Of a stretch of DNA of 64,000 bases, positions 1 to 10,420 are shown in pieces. The position numbers and the translations under genes were made by a program. This stretch comes from Minisyncoccota bacterium. GTDB lineage: Bacteria; Patescibacteriota; Minisyncoccia; Phycocordibacterales; JAQTLZ01. Location: the NCBI GenBank assembly GCA_028711065.1, contig JAQTSY010000005.1:7656-71655 (forward strand), written 5' to 3'. The stretch's first letter is position 1, and every line of letters begins with the position of its first letter. The notes under the pieces are model-generated. The model made no database searches. It was given only the letters and a program-made list of their open reading frames with translations, and was not told the DNA's origin.

Positions 1-244
1 TGGAAGGCTCGCCTGCGCCTCGAAAAGAATAGCCTTGCTTCGCTATGTCTTCATACCAGACTGAATCCCACCGAGCATGGAGTCCTGCCAAATCCCAACT
101 CTGCGCTTCCAGAGCTTTCGCCGGATCAATCCAAGAATAAGCAGTATCTCCCTTGAGGTTGAACCTATTGAGTGCAACGATAGCGAAAATATTTACGACA
201 ATGAGCCAGAGGAAAAAGAGTAAAAAAGTCTTTTTAAAATCCAT
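1..244 (-). CDS. N-terminal part of a membrane protein. The gene continues past the window start.
   Basis: Reading the minus strand from the ATG at 244-242 gives MDFKKTFLLFFLWLIVVNIFAIVALNRFNLKGDTAYSWIDPAKALEAQSWDLAGLHARWDSVWYEDIAKQGYSF... with no stop before position 1. It has a hydrophobic N-terminus. It is not in the ORF track because it is open at the window edge. Confidence 0.4.
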   Translation of the reverse strand, partial: MDFKKTFLLFFLWLIVVNIFAIVALNRFNLKGDTAYSWIDPAKALEAQSWDLAGLHARWDSVWYEDIAKQGYSFRGAGEPS

Positions 245-321
245 ACGTAGAGAGAATTATATACTATGACTATACACAAAAGCGCGGTGTTCCTCAAAGA
301 AAGCCTCTGGGGACAACATTT

Positions 322-1530
322 TTGAGACCGTTCGTTATTGGCAGTATAATAAAGCGCATGAGACACGTAATAGCTCATCTGCAGAAAGAAAAATACTTCA
401 GTTATATCTACCTCTGTGCCTTTCTCCTCTCTCTCCACTACGCTTTTGTTTTGTATATAAACTCAAGTTTTCTAGAGCAATTTTTAGGAACTCAAACAAT
501 AGCATTTCTCTTCATAGGAAGCGCTCTCATTAACATCGTCATTCTTCTCAATATCACGACGCTTTTGCGTCGGTTCGGGAATTGGAGACTCATGCTTTCA
601 TTTCTAGTGCTTGAGATGATAGGAATGCTCGGTATGTCTCTCTCCACAAATGCGGCGAGTGCAAGCATTTCATTTTTACTCTTTGGAAGCATGGCATCCA
701 TCCTCCTTTTTAATTTGGATATTTTTCTCGAGACAGAAATAAAAACGGAAACGCATACCGGCGGGATACGAGGAATTTTTCTCACCATGTGTAATTTGGC
801 CTTCGTTCTTTCCCCATTCGTGGTCGGCCATCTGATTGGCGAAAATAATTACATGAGCGTTTACACACTTTCATTTATTTTTCTCCTGCTCCTCCTTCCT
901 ATCGTCATGTCGAAATTTAAAGGGTTTAAGGACCCCGACTACTCTCCCATGCATGTAGGAAATGCTCTCTCGCATTTCAAAGGAAACGGGAACTTATTCC
1001 ATATTTATGTGACAAATTTTCTCCTGCATTTTTTCTACGCGGTCATGATCATTTACACCCCGATCTACCTGCACCAATACATTGGTTTCTCATGGGGAAC
1101 AATCGGAGAAATGTTTAGCATCATGCTTATTCCATTCATCCTTTTTCAGATTCCCGGAGGAGAAATTTCTGATCACTTTGGAGAAAAGGGCATTCTCATC
1201 CTGGGACTCATTGTTATGGCGATCTCAACTCTCTTCCTCTCATTCGTCGGACAAAATGTAGTGGCATGGACGATACTCCTCTTTTTCACCCGATGCGGAG
1301 CATCACTCGTAGAAATTATGACGGAAACATATTTCTTCAAGCACGTCAAAGGAAAAAACTCCAATATCATTGGATTTTTCAGGACAGCAAGTCCTCTTTC
1401 ATTCGTCATTACTCCAATCGTAGCAACGCTCTTTTTGCTTGTTTTCCCAATGCAGTATCTCTATCTCCTTGTTGGCATTATGCTCCTTCTCGGGATACAG
1501 TTCGCTTACAACATAAAAGACACTATTTAA
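322..1530 (+). CDS. MFS-type transporter (multi-pass membrane protein)
   Basis: 402 aa with about 12 hydrophobic segments. It is Gly/Leu/Phe-rich, as MFS permeases usually are. The start may be at an internal Met. Confidence 0.55.
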   Translation: MRPFVIGSIIKRMRHVIAHLQKEKYFSYIYLCAFLLSLHYAFVLYINSSFLEQFLGTQTIAFLFIGSALINIVILLNITTLLRRFGNWRLMLSFLVLEMIGMLGMSLSTNAASASISFLLFGSMASILLFNLDIFLETEIKTETHTGGIRGIFLTMCNLAFVLSPFVVGHLIGENNYMSVYTLSFIFLLLLLPIVMSKFKGFKDPDYSPMHVGNALSHFKGNGNLFHIYVTNFLLHFFYAVMIIYTPIYLHQYIGFSWGTIGEMFSIMLIPFILFQIPGGEISDHFGEKGILILGLIVMAISTLFLSFVGQNVVAWTILLFFTRCGASLVEIMTETYFFKHVKGKNSNIIGFFRTASPLSFVITPIVATLFLLVFPMQYLYLLVGIMLLLGIQFAYNIKDTI

Positions 1531-1547
1531 TTCTTGAGTTGAAAATC

Positions 1548-2498
1548 TTATACGGCAGCTTTTTGTCTGCAAGCGTTTGAAGCCCTCACTCCTTCATTAT
1601 AGACCGCTGCATCGGCTTGTCTTGTCTCCACGAGTGAGTCGTACTCTGTCACGAGAGCGTTATATTCGACTACTCGCTTGTTGTATGTAGAATCATCGGA
1701 CGAAGCGTCTATCTCTGCTTTTTTGGCAATAAGGGTTTTCTCCAGACTGGCTATTTCTCCATCTTCAGATTCGATCTTGGCTTTGAGCGTTATGGAAGGT
1801 GCTGGGCAAGCAGTAGCAGGCAAGCCAAAGCTTTGCACTGCGATCCATGTTTCTTGTCCCTCGTAGAGACCTTTCCCGACAGCTACTCCGATTTCTTTGT
1901 ATTTTGGCTGCAAGATATTCTCCTTATGTCCCTCCGACGCCATCCACGCGGCGAGAAGTGTGGCGTCATCTTTAAAATTTCCAAGCGCGAGATTCTCTCC
2001 TACAATAATATAATCGTAGCCAACGCTTTTCGCCAGATCTCCCGGACCTACTCCGGAAGGAGAGACATGTTCAAAGTATTGTTTTGCGAACATATCCTGC
2101 ATTTTTTTCTGTGCATCGATATCAAGCAAAGAGTTTTCTTTGAGAGCAGGTACGGAAACCTTTGCTCTTTCAGCATTGGTGAGAGAGATAACTCCGCTTC
2201 GCGTGAGATTTCCGGTTTCCTTGTTGGAGGCAATCCGAAGCGGAGAAGGAGCGAAAATTTTCTCCGAAAGACCCTGGAGCGCAGGAATGATGCCGAGAGG
2301 AGACGTGGAGGGGCTTGGATTTTTAGTATTTTTGTTTCCTGTCTGTCCTAGAAATGTCAGAACTTTTTCAGGCACAAGGGCGCGTACATTTTCTAGTGCT
2401 CCTTGAAGACGCGACCACGAAAGGGGGACGTGTAGAAAATATGCGAGAATTATTATAACGAATACGATCGACAGTAAAAACTTGAAAAATTTCCACAT
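1548..2498 (-). CDS. Secreted CAP/SCP (PR-1/YkwD-like) domain protein with an N-terminal membrane anchor
   Basis: N-terminal TM helix. The C-terminal region carries a CAP-domain-like GENLALG...WMASEGHKENIL motif (compare SPGHR.NIL in YkwD). Confidence 0.6.
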   Translation of the reverse strand: MWKFFKFLLSIVFVIIILAYFLHVPLSWSRLQGALENVRALVPEKVLTFLGQTGNKNTKNPSPSTSPLGIIPALQGLSEKIFAPSPLRIASNKETGNLTRSGVISLTNAERAKVSVPALKENSLLDIDAQKKMQDMFAKQYFEHVSPSGVGPGDLAKSVGYDYIIVGENLALGNFKDDATLLAAWMASEGHKENILQPKYKEIGVAVGKGLYEGQETWIAVQSFGLPATACPAPSITLKAKIESEDGEIASLEKTLIAKKAEIDASSDDSTYNKRVVEYNALVTEYDSLVETRQADAAVYNEGVRASNACRQKAAV

Positions 2499-2552
2499 TG
2501 TATATTCTTCAACATATTATATGCCAACCAAATACAAAGGAAAAGGAAGTAC

Positions 2553-3239
2553 TTAGTGTATACGAGTTCCTTTAAATGGTTCCCCCTTGAGATACGCGTC
2601 GAGATTAATGAGGTTATTACCATTCATGACTACAACTTCGAGACCGAAACTTTCAGCCTCCTTTGCAGCAATAGGATCAAAGGGAGAACTCATTCCCGGC
2701 TCCCATTTTTCAGGAATAATTTTTCGAAATTCAGCCCAAGAAATATCCTCGATTATTTTTGCGTTTGGAAATTTTCTCGGATCTTTATCATACACATAAT
2801 TGATATTTGAAAGGTTGATGAGCTTTTTTGCGCCAATATTTTTTGCCATAAGGACGGCATCTTCGTCAGTACTGCAGCCCGGCTCATATCCAGCGCCAAT
2901 GAGAATGGCTTCTTTAAAATCGACAGGGGTGCTCGGATTATCTACAACATGAGGATGGGAAAGAGGCGCGAATATGGCACGCAAAAGCTCTGCATTTAAT
3001 TTCGTCGCTCCAATTCCAACCCAATCCGCGTCCGTTGCGCTCACTTCCGGAGAGATCGCACGCGCCGCTTCCTGGTAATTTCGAGCAGTCTTTCCGCCCC
3101 CGGCAACAATAGCAAAACGTATACCGTTTTTCGTATGGCGGATGATAAGTTCTTTAAATTTTTTTATAGAATCAACATCAATCTGCTGCGGGACCAAGAT
3201 CGAACCGCCAACAGAGATAATAATTGGGCTTTTGTCCAT
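2553..3239 (-). CDS. pyrH: Amino-acid-kinase fold protein, probably an archaeal-type UMP kinase
   Basis: 228 aa with IISVGGSILVP...VAGGG...GYEPGCSTDEDAVLMA...NINYVYDKDP, which matches the architecture of short archaeal-type uridylate kinases. Confidence 0.6.
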   Translation of the reverse strand: MDKSPIIISVGGSILVPQQIDVDSIKKFKELIIRHTKNGIRFAIVAGGGKTARNYQEAARAISPEVSATDADWVGIGATKLNAELLRAIFAPLSHPHVVDNPSTPVDFKEAILIGAGYEPGCSTDEDAVLMAKNIGAKKLINLSNINYVYDKDPRKFPNAKIIEDISWAEFRKIIPEKWEPGMSSPFDPIAAKEAESFGLEVVVMNGNNLINLDAYLKGEPFKGTRIH

Positions 3240-3264
3240 TTCTGTATGTTAGCAAAAAAAGCCC

Positions 3265-3837
3265 CTATAAGCTAGGCTTTTTGCCCCTTAATGCTTCTCC
3301 ATCTCGAATAACAATCATTTTATCTCCCTCGAATCGAACTATCGCGGACGGATCTGCGGTTAATTCTCCCCCGTCCTGATAGAAATCAACTTTTGTAGCA
3401 AAATATTTTTCTGCTTCTTCAACTGTCCTTGCAGGAGGGAGACCTTGGATATTCGCGCTCGGAGCGACGAGTGGGCCTGTTTCTTTGAGAATTGCGATGA
3501 GATCTTTATTCTGGGGTAATCGAAAAGCCAGCGACTTTCCACCTCGGTGAAGATACGCAAATTTTTCATCTGGCACTGGAAATATAATACTCACTGTCCC
3601 GGGCCAAAATTCGGGGAGATGAAGTTCAAGTTTGGGCGGGAGCGTGATCCCAAATGCCGCCAAATCGGCAACGGAAGAAATGAGAACGATGCAGGGTTTA
3701 TCTTTATCTCTCTGACGTAATTCATAGATCCGCTCGACGGCTCCGGGAGAATATGCAGAACCGACAAGTCCATAGAGGGTATCTGTTGGCATAACTCCCA
3801 CTCCGCCATTCTTTAAGCTTTTCACTATGGTATCCAT
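3265..3837 (-). CDS. tsaC: L-threonylcarbamoyladenylate synthase (Sua5/YciO/YrdC family; t6A biosynthesis)
   Basis: 190 aa with PTDTLYGL near the N-terminus and SANIQG, both YrdC-family hallmarks. Confidence 0.85.
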   Translation of the reverse strand: MDTIVKSLKNGGVGVMPTDTLYGLVGSAYSPGAVERIYELRQRDKDKPCIVLISSVADLAAFGITLPPKLELHLPEFWPGTVSIIFPVPDEKFAYLHRGGKSLAFRLPQNKDLIAILKETGPLVAPSANIQGLPPARTVEEAEKYFATKVDFYQDGGELTADPSAIVRFEGDKMIVIRDGEALRGKKPSL

Positions 3838-3896
3838 ATGGGAAAGATTCTAGCACGCGCTCCTCTTAAGAAAAAGAATATGCTAGGATAGGCTTC

Positions 3897-4529
3897 ATGG
3901 AAAAAACCCCGAAAGTCGCTTGCATCGCCCTTGATTTTGACGAAACGCTCGCTTTCATAAACAATCCGAAAACAGAACTTTTCAATACATGGGAAAAACG
4001 CGGAGTACCGAAAGAGATCGGAGAAAAAGCGTACGAAGAGATTCATGATGGAGAAGGTTTTTCTTATCCGGGAATGAAAATTGTACTCAAAAAATACGGA
4101 TACGACATGGACGAGGGATTTGAAAAAGAATTGTGGGAACGGCTCGAGAGAGGACTTCAGACATTTACGGAAGTGAAGGAAACTATCGAGAGATGGAAGA
4201 AAATGATACCTGTTGTCATTGTCACAGCAGGAGAAGAATCATTTCAGAGAGAGAAAATAAAGAGAACCGGTCTCTCCGATCTCCCCTGCATAGTCACCAG
4301 AGTTGGAAATAAAACAAAGGCGCTTCGTACTTTTATCGAAAAATATGGCGAACCAGTTGCCTTCATTGATGATAAAATAAGCGAACTAGAAACACTTAAA
4401 AATGCTGGTTTTTCAGAGAAAGAGTTGATTCCAGTGCTTCTTGATAGAACTGGGAAAACAAAAAAGAGCCAGTTTGAGACGATCTCTAGCCTCGATGATC
4501 CAAAGCTCTCTGTGATTCTAGGATTTTAG
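3897..4529 (+). CDS. HAD-superfamily hydrolase
   Basis: N-terminal IALDFDETL (HAD DxD motif I). Size 210 aa. Confidence 0.55.
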   Translation: MEKTPKVACIALDFDETLAFINNPKTELFNTWEKRGVPKEIGEKAYEEIHDGEGFSYPGMKIVLKKYGYDMDEGFEKELWERLERGLQTFTEVKETIERWKKMIPVVIVTAGEESFQREKIKRTGLSDLPCIVTRVGNKTKALRTFIEKYGEPVAFIDDKISELETLKNAGFSEKELIPVLLDRTGKTKKSQFETISSLDDPKLSVILGF

Positions 4530-5348
4530 GCTGAGCTTTTGGCGAAGATATGCAAGAGAGCCGATAAGACCTCCGGAATCAGCGAGCTCTGCTTTTTTGA
4601 TAACGGGTACGGTCGGAAATGCTTTGAGAAGCTTCTCAACGTGTTTCGCAACATTGTCCACAGATATGCCCACCTTCTTTACTACCATACTCCCACCAAT
4701 GATAACGGCATCTGGAGACCAGAAAAGAAGGGCGTTGTGGACCCCAACAGCAAAAGTCTTTTCAACTTCGTTCCACACTTTTGGATCCGTAATCTCAGCC
4801 GGATGTTTGCCGTATTTTGCCGCAATTGCCCTACCGGAAACCAAATCCCCCAGAGAAGAAACTTCGCCGTTATAATCAACAATCTGATAACCTGGCTCGA
4901 AATTAAAATGAGTCCGATCTATTTTGCCATCGACGACGCGAGATCCTCCGACACCGGTCGAAACGGTAATGTAAGCGACAATGGGAAATCCTTTGCCGGC
5001 TCCATCCATTGCTTCGCCAAGACCAACCATCGCAGTGTCATTTTCAATGAAAACAAATGATTTTGTGATATCCGCTATTGTCCGATGAAGGGGTTGATTA
5101 ATCCAACCTTGCAGATTTTTACAGACCAAGAGCTTTTCATGGGCTTCATCCAAAGTACCGGGCACACCCCCGGCGACAGCAAGAATTTTTTCTCCATTGC
5201 TAATCTCATCAACTGCTTTCTTAAATAAATTTTCGAATTTTGAAAAATCCTTCGGAGTATCGACAATAACCGGAGTCGAAAGTTCCTTCCCATCTTTAGA
5301 CCCCGCAATTCTCATTTTTGTCCCGCCAATGTCAAATACAATATACAT
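4518..5348 (-). CDS. ROK-family sugar kinase (glucokinase-like)
   Basis: MYIVFDIGGTKMR... ATPase N-terminal motif, then a ROK-like GVGGS and ENDTAMVGLGE. Confidence 0.7.
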   Translation of the reverse strand: MYIVFDIGGTKMRIAGSKDGKELSTPVIVDTPKDFSKFENLFKKAVDEISNGEKILAVAGGVPGTLDEAHEKLLVCKNLQGWINQPLHRTIADITKSFVFIENDTAMVGLGEAMDGAGKGFPIVAYITVSTGVGGSRVVDGKIDRTHFNFEPGYQIVDYNGEVSSLGDLVSGRAIAAKYGKHPAEITDPKVWNEVEKTFAVGVHNALLFWSPDAVIIGGSMVVKKVGISVDNVAKHVEKLLKAFPTVPVIKKAELADSGGLIGSLAYLRQKLSLKS

Positions 5349-5350
5349 AT

Positions 5351-6316
5351 TTATGAGATGAGTTTTTTAAATTCTTCTACCATTGGAACCTGCTCCGCTT
5401 CAACTCCATACAGCATTGCCGTATGATAGGCGGTCCAATCGGCAAGAAGAAGCGAGCTGAAAACTTTTTCACTCCTCGTCGCGCCGGTGAGAGAATATTC
5501 GAATACAGTAATTCCTCGATCTTCGTAGAGTTTCTTCGTGACCTTAAATCGCTTGCGGTTTTGCGGATGGTCAGCATCATCAGAGAGAAATACAAAAACA
5601 AATTTTTCTGAAAGTGATTTCGTCTTCCCCGCACGATCAAATCCCGTCATCTCATTATGATTCAATTCTGGAAAAACGTTGCAAAATGAGGGTATTTTAC
5701 CCGTTTCGTTGAGTTTTATTTTCCAGTTGTACGCGACGGACATGTTCTTGTCGGACGCATAGATGACCGGTACAAATCCCGACAGCTTTTTGGCCAGCTC
5801 TTTTCCTTTTGTTTCGAGAGCCTTCGGATCAAGCTTTGTTGCGAGAGTATTGAGCTCTTTCAGCAATTTTTTATTTCCCAAAAGCGTGACGAGAGCAAGC
5901 AAAGAAAAACCAAGAGCGCTTCTCGGTTGAATTCCAGTATCAGGTAAGACAATTCTCGGAATATCATTTTTCGCTGCAAATTCAATGAGATTTCCTCCAA
6001 CAGCGATGACCGCAAGATTCAACCCCTTGTCAAAGGCTGATTTTGCAAAATCAATTGTCTCTTCGGTATTTCCAGAATACGAGGATGCAATGTAAAGAGT
6101 TTCGCTTCGTTGCGCTTCGGTATAAAAAGGTAATCCGTAATTTCTGTGGATTGTGATGGGAATTTCGACATCAAGTGCCGATAAAAGATCCGCCGAAAGA
6201 TGCGAACCTCCCATTCCCCCTACTACTACCTGCCCAAACACCTGCAACTTCTCCTCATTCTCTATCTTCGGCTTCCAAGCAAACTGTTTTGCAAAATCTC
6301 GAATCGCTTTGTCCAT
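5351..6316 (-). CDS. Bifunctional phosphoglucose/phosphomannose isomerase (SIS domain, archaeal type)
   Basis: 321 aa with GGMGGSHLSADLL, SYSGNTEET and an SIS-domain layout typical of PGI/PMI. Overlapping stop/start with the upstream kinase. Confidence 0.7.
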   Translation of the reverse strand: MDKAIRDFAKQFAWKPKIENEEKLQVFGQVVVGGMGGSHLSADLLSALDVEIPITIHRNYGLPFYTEAQRSETLYIASSYSGNTEETIDFAKSAFDKGLNLAVIAVGGNLIEFAAKNDIPRIVLPDTGIQPRSALGFSLLALVTLLGNKKLLKELNTLATKLDPKALETKGKELAKKLSGFVPVIYASDKNMSVAYNWKIKLNETGKIPSFCNVFPELNHNEMTGFDRAGKTKSLSEKFVFVFLSDDADHPQNRKRFKVTKKLYEDRGITVFEYSLTGATRSEKVFSSLLLADWTAYHTAMLYGVEAEQVPMVEEFKKLIS

Positions 6317-6328
6317 GTTTATAAAAAA

Positions 6329-7228
6329 TTATTTTTTAGTTTCTATTGAATGCCCGCCAAATTGATTACGGAGAGCCGAAAGAATCTTGCCGATGTAACT
6401 CGGAGTAGCTCCGGACTCAACTCGAAATTTGAATGAATCTTCAATGACTTTTGCCGGGATACCCAATTCTTTCCCAGCATTCACTGTCCATTCTCCTTCT
6501 CCGGTGTGAGAAACAGTTCCAGAGACTTCAGCCAAGTTCTTACCAAATTTTCTATACGCATCGGAAAGCCAGCCGACAAGACGTGATTCGATAACAGAAC
6601 GATGATTATAGATTTCAGTCACTTTCAAAAGATCGAGATCAAATTCTGATTTTTCGAGAATGGCAAAACCTTCTGCAAGCGATTGCATCATGCCGTATTC
6701 GATTCCGTTATGCACCATTTTGGTAAAATGTCCTGCTCCGGCTTTTCCTAAATATGCGTAGGCTTCCGGCGCAGCAATATCTTTAAATAAATCTTCATGT
6801 TTCTTAAACACTTCTTCCTCTCCGCCAATCATAAGGCAAGCGCCTTCGCGAGCTCCTTTCGGTCCCCCGGAAGTACCAACATCAAGAAAATGAATCTCTT
6901 TCCCCGCGAGTTCTTTCGCTCTCCGCATCGAATCTTTATAAAAAGAATTTCCGCCGTCTATGATAGTATCGCCTTTTTCGAGAAATCCGATAAATTCGGC
7001 AATGACAGAATCAACAACGTTATTTGGAACCATGACCCAAACAGTACGAGGAGTGGGAAGTTCGGCAAGAAGTGCTTCATACGAATCTGCCACGCGGAGA
7101 CCGGCTTTCTTACCCTCTAGACGAGGCTCTGGACTTCGATTATACGCAATGACGTCTTGCTTCTTTTCATGCAGCCGCAAGACCATATTCATTCCCATTT
7201 TTCCGAGTCCGATATATCCAAGTTTCAT
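6329..7228 (-). CDS. gnd: 6-phosphogluconate dehydrogenase, decarboxylating, short (about 300 aa) form
   Basis: MKLGYIGLGKMGMNMVLRL NAD(P)-binding N-terminus, then GGNSFYKDS and GTSGG. Typical of the YqeC-like short 6PGDH. Confidence 0.8.
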   Translation of the reverse strand: MKLGYIGLGKMGMNMVLRLHEKKQDVIAYNRSPEPRLEGKKAGLRVADSYEALLAELPTPRTVWVMVPNNVVDSVIAEFIGFLEKGDTIIDGGNSFYKDSMRRAKELAGKEIHFLDVGTSGGPKGAREGACLMIGGEEEVFKKHEDLFKDIAAPEAYAYLGKAGAGHFTKMVHNGIEYGMMQSLAEGFAILEKSEFDLDLLKVTEIYNHRSVIESRLVGWLSDAYRKFGKNLAEVSGTVSHTGEGEWTVNAGKELGIPAKVIEDSFKFRVESGATPSYIGKILSALRNQFGGHSIETKK

Positions 7229-7252
7229 AGGGGTTATTGTAGCATAAACGCT

Positions 7253-8248
7253 TTATTTACCAGTAAAAACCTCCTTCGCTCCATCCCAAAATTCAGGATG
7301 ACCGTTTTGCTTCATGTAATACCACCACTCTGCTCCCCAGAGATATTGCTCACCGAAACCTGTGGTTTTTGCGAAAGAAATAATTGTGTTGAATTTGTTA
7401 ATATCCATTCGCGACAATTGATCAGAAATCGAGGTGTCAACAATTGGATGGAGAAGCCAAGGTTCGAGACCGAGTTCACTCAAAATATCTTTTTTCTTCC
7501 CAGCGATAATGTCAGCTACATTTTCTCGAATTCGATAGTATGCGGGAGTGATTGGATAACGGATTTTGCCAAAAATCGGGCTGTCTACGTAGAGGTAAAG
7601 GCTGGAGCCGAATACATCGCCCGCTTTGTGCGCACCATACCACACTCCAAGCTCTCCACTATCTGTCACCAACACCTGCCTCGCCGGATCAAGTTTTTTT
7701 ACCAGAGCAATTTCTTTACCGAAAAAAGCTGTATCGAGAGGTTCGCACGTCTGTCTTGCAAATACAGAAAGAAAAGGCTCATTCTCAACTTGCCAATAAG
7801 TAATATTGGGATAATTTTTATAACGATTGACGACTGTCGTAATGTAATCGAAAATTTTCTCCTGCCGTGTTGCTGTATCAAGTTTACTGGCCCAATCTGG
7901 CACATGGCATTCTGGCCAGCCAGGCAGACGCTCCCCAACAGCAAAAATCACCCCGGCATCGCGTAATTTTGCTTGCTGCATCTGAAAATCAAGCACAGAG
8001 AAATCATACATCCCCTCCTTCGGCTCTGTTCCTGGCCAATGCGCCGAAAGACGGAAATTTCTGACTTTTAGATCGTCAAGAAGCGCAAGATAGACCGTCT
8101 TCCAAGGAAGTCCGAGCTCATCTGAATGGAATTTGCTAAATGAAACTCCATAGACTATGTTTTCAGGAACCACTCGAAACGATAGGAGAGAGAGAAACAG
8201 AACGAGTGCGATGACTATTATGAGGAGAAATTTAAAAAAACGTCTCAT
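7253..8248 (-). CDS. Membrane-anchored TIM-barrel glycoside hydrolase (GH-A clan, GH5-like)
   Basis: N-terminal TM/signal segment and a WQVENEP catalytic acid/base-type motif. 331 aa. Confidence 0.5.
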   Translation of the reverse strand: MRRFFKFLLIIVIALVLFLSLLSFRVVPENIVYGVSFSKFHSDELGLPWKTVYLALLDDLKVRNFRLSAHWPGTEPKEGMYDFSVLDFQMQQAKLRDAGVIFAVGERLPGWPECHVPDWASKLDTATRQEKIFDYITTVVNRYKNYPNITYWQVENEPFLSVFARQTCEPLDTAFFGKEIALVKKLDPARQVLVTDSGELGVWYGAHKAGDVFGSSLYLYVDSPIFGKIRYPITPAYYRIRENVADIIAGKKKDILSELGLEPWLLHPIVDTSISDQLSRMDINKFNTIISFAKTTGFGEQYLWGAEWWYYMKQNGHPEFWDGAKEVFTGK

Positions 8249-8254
8249 GGGGTA

Positions 8255-9145
8255 TTAAATGAAGAGAAGGAAAAAGCCGGCAACAATAAACGATACCGAA
8301 ATTATTTTATGAAATATTTCATACGAATGTTTCGGATTGTAAACAAATTCCGAAAATTTCTTCCCGAAGAGAAGACCGAGCAAAAGCAAGAATACATACT
8401 GAAGTCCCACAAGCGCATTTACCAAAGACGCACTTGAAAGCTTTATTACGTAGAGAAAAAGCACCGCAGTAATGCCGGCAAGTACTTTATTGGATACGAT
8501 CATAAGCTTGGTCCCTCGGCTGGAACTTTTAAAACCTTCTCGAATAAGACGCAAATTTTCCGGCCAAATAAATAACATAATTGCTCCAAAGACATTTCCG
8601 ATCCGCGTCCAGAAAAATCCATTCACAAATGTCGTATCAGAAAGAACCATTTTTACAAGTACAGAGGAAATTCCAAGAAAAATCCCGGATGCGAGGATGT
8701 AAAACATGATTTTCGGCTTGAAACTGAAGTGCGACGTGAGAAGCGTACCCAAAACAAGAAAAATTGTTGCAAGAATAAAAAGGCTCGGCAAAAGTTCTTT
8801 CAGAAAAATAGACGAAAGAATAAAGGTGGATATTGCCGTCATGGCACCCACAACAGGAATAACGTCCAGTGGATCCGGAGAGCGCCGGAGTGCTTTATAA
8901 AGATATACAATCGCTTGAATATACGTAAAACCGCACAGAAGCGAGAAGATAATGATTTTGGTAGTGGGAACAGTAATATTTCCGGTGGGAATAAGGACAA
9001 GGACAATCGAAGAGAGAGCGCCGACAAAAAACGCATAAACTACCGAGTGAGGGAGTCTCTTTGTGACAACATATTTATCGATAAGAACGATGACGGCATT
9101 CAGAAGTTGAACGAAGACGACAAGAAGAAGCCAAAAGTATTGCAT
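8255..9145 (-). CDS. Integral membrane protein (about 10 TM segments; DMT/EamA-like fold possible)
   Basis: Highly hydrophobic. The start was moved to the internal Met (MQYFWLLL) to remove the 77-nt overlap with the GH1 gene. Confidence 0.4.
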   Translation of the reverse strand: MQYFWLLLVVFVQLLNAVIVLIDKYVVTKRLPHSVVYAFFVGALSSIVLVLIPTGNITVPTTKIIIFSLLCGFTYIQAIVYLYKALRRSPDPLDVIPVVGAMTAISTFILSSIFLKELLPSLFILATIFLVLGTLLTSHFSFKPKIMFYILASGIFLGISSVLVKMVLSDTTFVNGFFWTRIGNVFGAIMLFIWPENLRLIREGFKSSSRGTKLMIVSNKVLAGITAVLFLYVIKLSSASLVNALVGLQYVFLLLLGLLFGKKFSEFVYNPKHSYEIFHKIISVSFIVAGFFLLFI

Positions 9146-9149
9146 AATT

Positions 9150-10322
9150 TTAGAGAATGGTATTTGTCTCGCAGATTTTTTTATAAAGCAGGGCGGAGGG
9201 GCGAACGATACGTTCCATTGTATCATAATTTATTTTCACCAAGCCGAAGCGTTTGGTAAATCCTTCCGCCCATTCGTAGTTATCAAGAAGCGACCAGTAG
9301 AAGAATCCTTTTACATCCGCACCTTGTTCTATCGCCTGATGAACTGCGATAAGATGATCTCTGATGAATTTCCCTCTCTGGCTGTCATTTGCGTCTGCAA
9401 TGCCGTTTTCTGTTATATAGAGAGGTTTTTTGTACTCTTTCAGTTCCAGGAGCACATTTCGCAGTCCGTCCGGATAAACAGTCCATCCCATATCCGTGCG
9501 AGGCAAATTTTCAAGCTTCCCAAATGCAATATGTCGATAATAATTGACGCCGATAAAATCCTGGCACTCCCGGATGCCCTTCAGAAATTTATGATTCCAG
9601 AATTTGCGGGAAAAATTTGCCCGAACATCATTCCACCATCCTCCGCCAGAGCCGAAATCCATATTTTGTTTTGCAATGCCGATCTGGATCGAAGGATTTT
9701 TCTTTTTCATTTCGATGTATGCAAACCGGTGAGATTTCATCAAAATCTTGAGTGCTCTCCAATATTTTAAAATATCCCTTTTGAATGGTGGCCAGCCTCC
9801 GCGAAGATATCCATTCCCAAGCCAGACCATCGGCTCATTCATTGTCATCCAAAATTTCGCTTCGCTTCCAAGTTTTTCCACCACATATGCGCAATATCTG
9901 CCGAAAATTTCCGGTGCTTTTTTATTTTCAAATCCGCCCTTATCCCGAAACCAAAGAGGCAGAGTAAAGTGCCAAAGCGTCACAAAAGGCTCAAGCCCTC
10001 GCGCTTTGAGTGCGTGAAGAACTTTTCGATAATGCTCAATTTCTGCATCATCAAATTTCCCTTCTTCTGGCTCGATGCGGGCCCACTCGATTGAAAATCT
10101 GTGCGTGTTTTGAGAAAGTGATTTCGCAATATCAAAATCTTTTTCGTACAAATTGTAGTGATCGCAAGCTCGCCCGGTAAGAGGCACTTTTTTCTTCCGC
10201 CCAGCTTCAGCCCAATCCACATTCTCAATCCCGCCTTCTACCTGGTAAGAAGCCGTTGCACTCCCCCATAAAAACCCTTTCGGAAATTCTCGCGCTTGCG
10301 GAGCTGAAACATTTTTTTTCAT
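9150..10322 (-). CDS. GH1 beta-glucosidase
   Basis: FLWGSATASYQVEG near the N-terminus, TMNEP and ITENG catalytic motifs, and C-terminal WSLLDNYEWAEGF. The start was set at the internal MKKNVSAP. The 26-aa upstream extension in the ORF track looks spurious. Confidence 0.85.
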   Translation of the reverse strand: MKKNVSAPQAREFPKGFLWGSATASYQVEGGIENVDWAEAGRKKKVPLTGRACDHYNLYEKDFDIAKSLSQNTHRFSIEWARIEPEEGKFDDAEIEHYRKVLHALKARGLEPFVTLWHFTLPLWFRDKGGFENKKAPEIFGRYCAYVVEKLGSEAKFWMTMNEPMVWLGNGYLRGGWPPFKRDILKYWRALKILMKSHRFAYIEMKKKNPSIQIGIAKQNMDFGSGGGWWNDVRANFSRKFWNHKFLKGIRECQDFIGVNYYRHIAFGKLENLPRTDMGWTVYPDGLRNVLLELKEYKKPLYITENGIADANDSQRGKFIRDHLIAVHQAIEQGADVKGFFYWSLLDNYEWAEGFTKRFGLVKINYDTMERIVRPSALLYKKICETNTIL

Positions 10323-10420
10323 TATTGAATTATACAAGAAGTCTGTGATTTTGGCATACAAATCATACACAGCAAAACAATGTATTGCTTGTATCACTAG
10401 CCAAATCCAATTGAAATCCT

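Noticed and set aside
193-438. 81-aa minus-strand ORF from the track.
   Set aside because: Out of frame with the genuine edge gene (which uses ATG at 244-242), low-complexity, and overlaps the MFS gene start region. Likely spurious.
9150-10397. N-terminal 26-codon extensions in the ORF track for the GH1 gene. Similar extensions appear for the acidic protein, glgA, the ATPase, BshA, BshB, ApbE and the VOC gene.
   Set aside because: The extensions are hydrophobic or atypical, overlap upstream genes, and precede conserved N-terminal motifs. Internal Met starts restore tidy 1-10 nt intergenic spacing.
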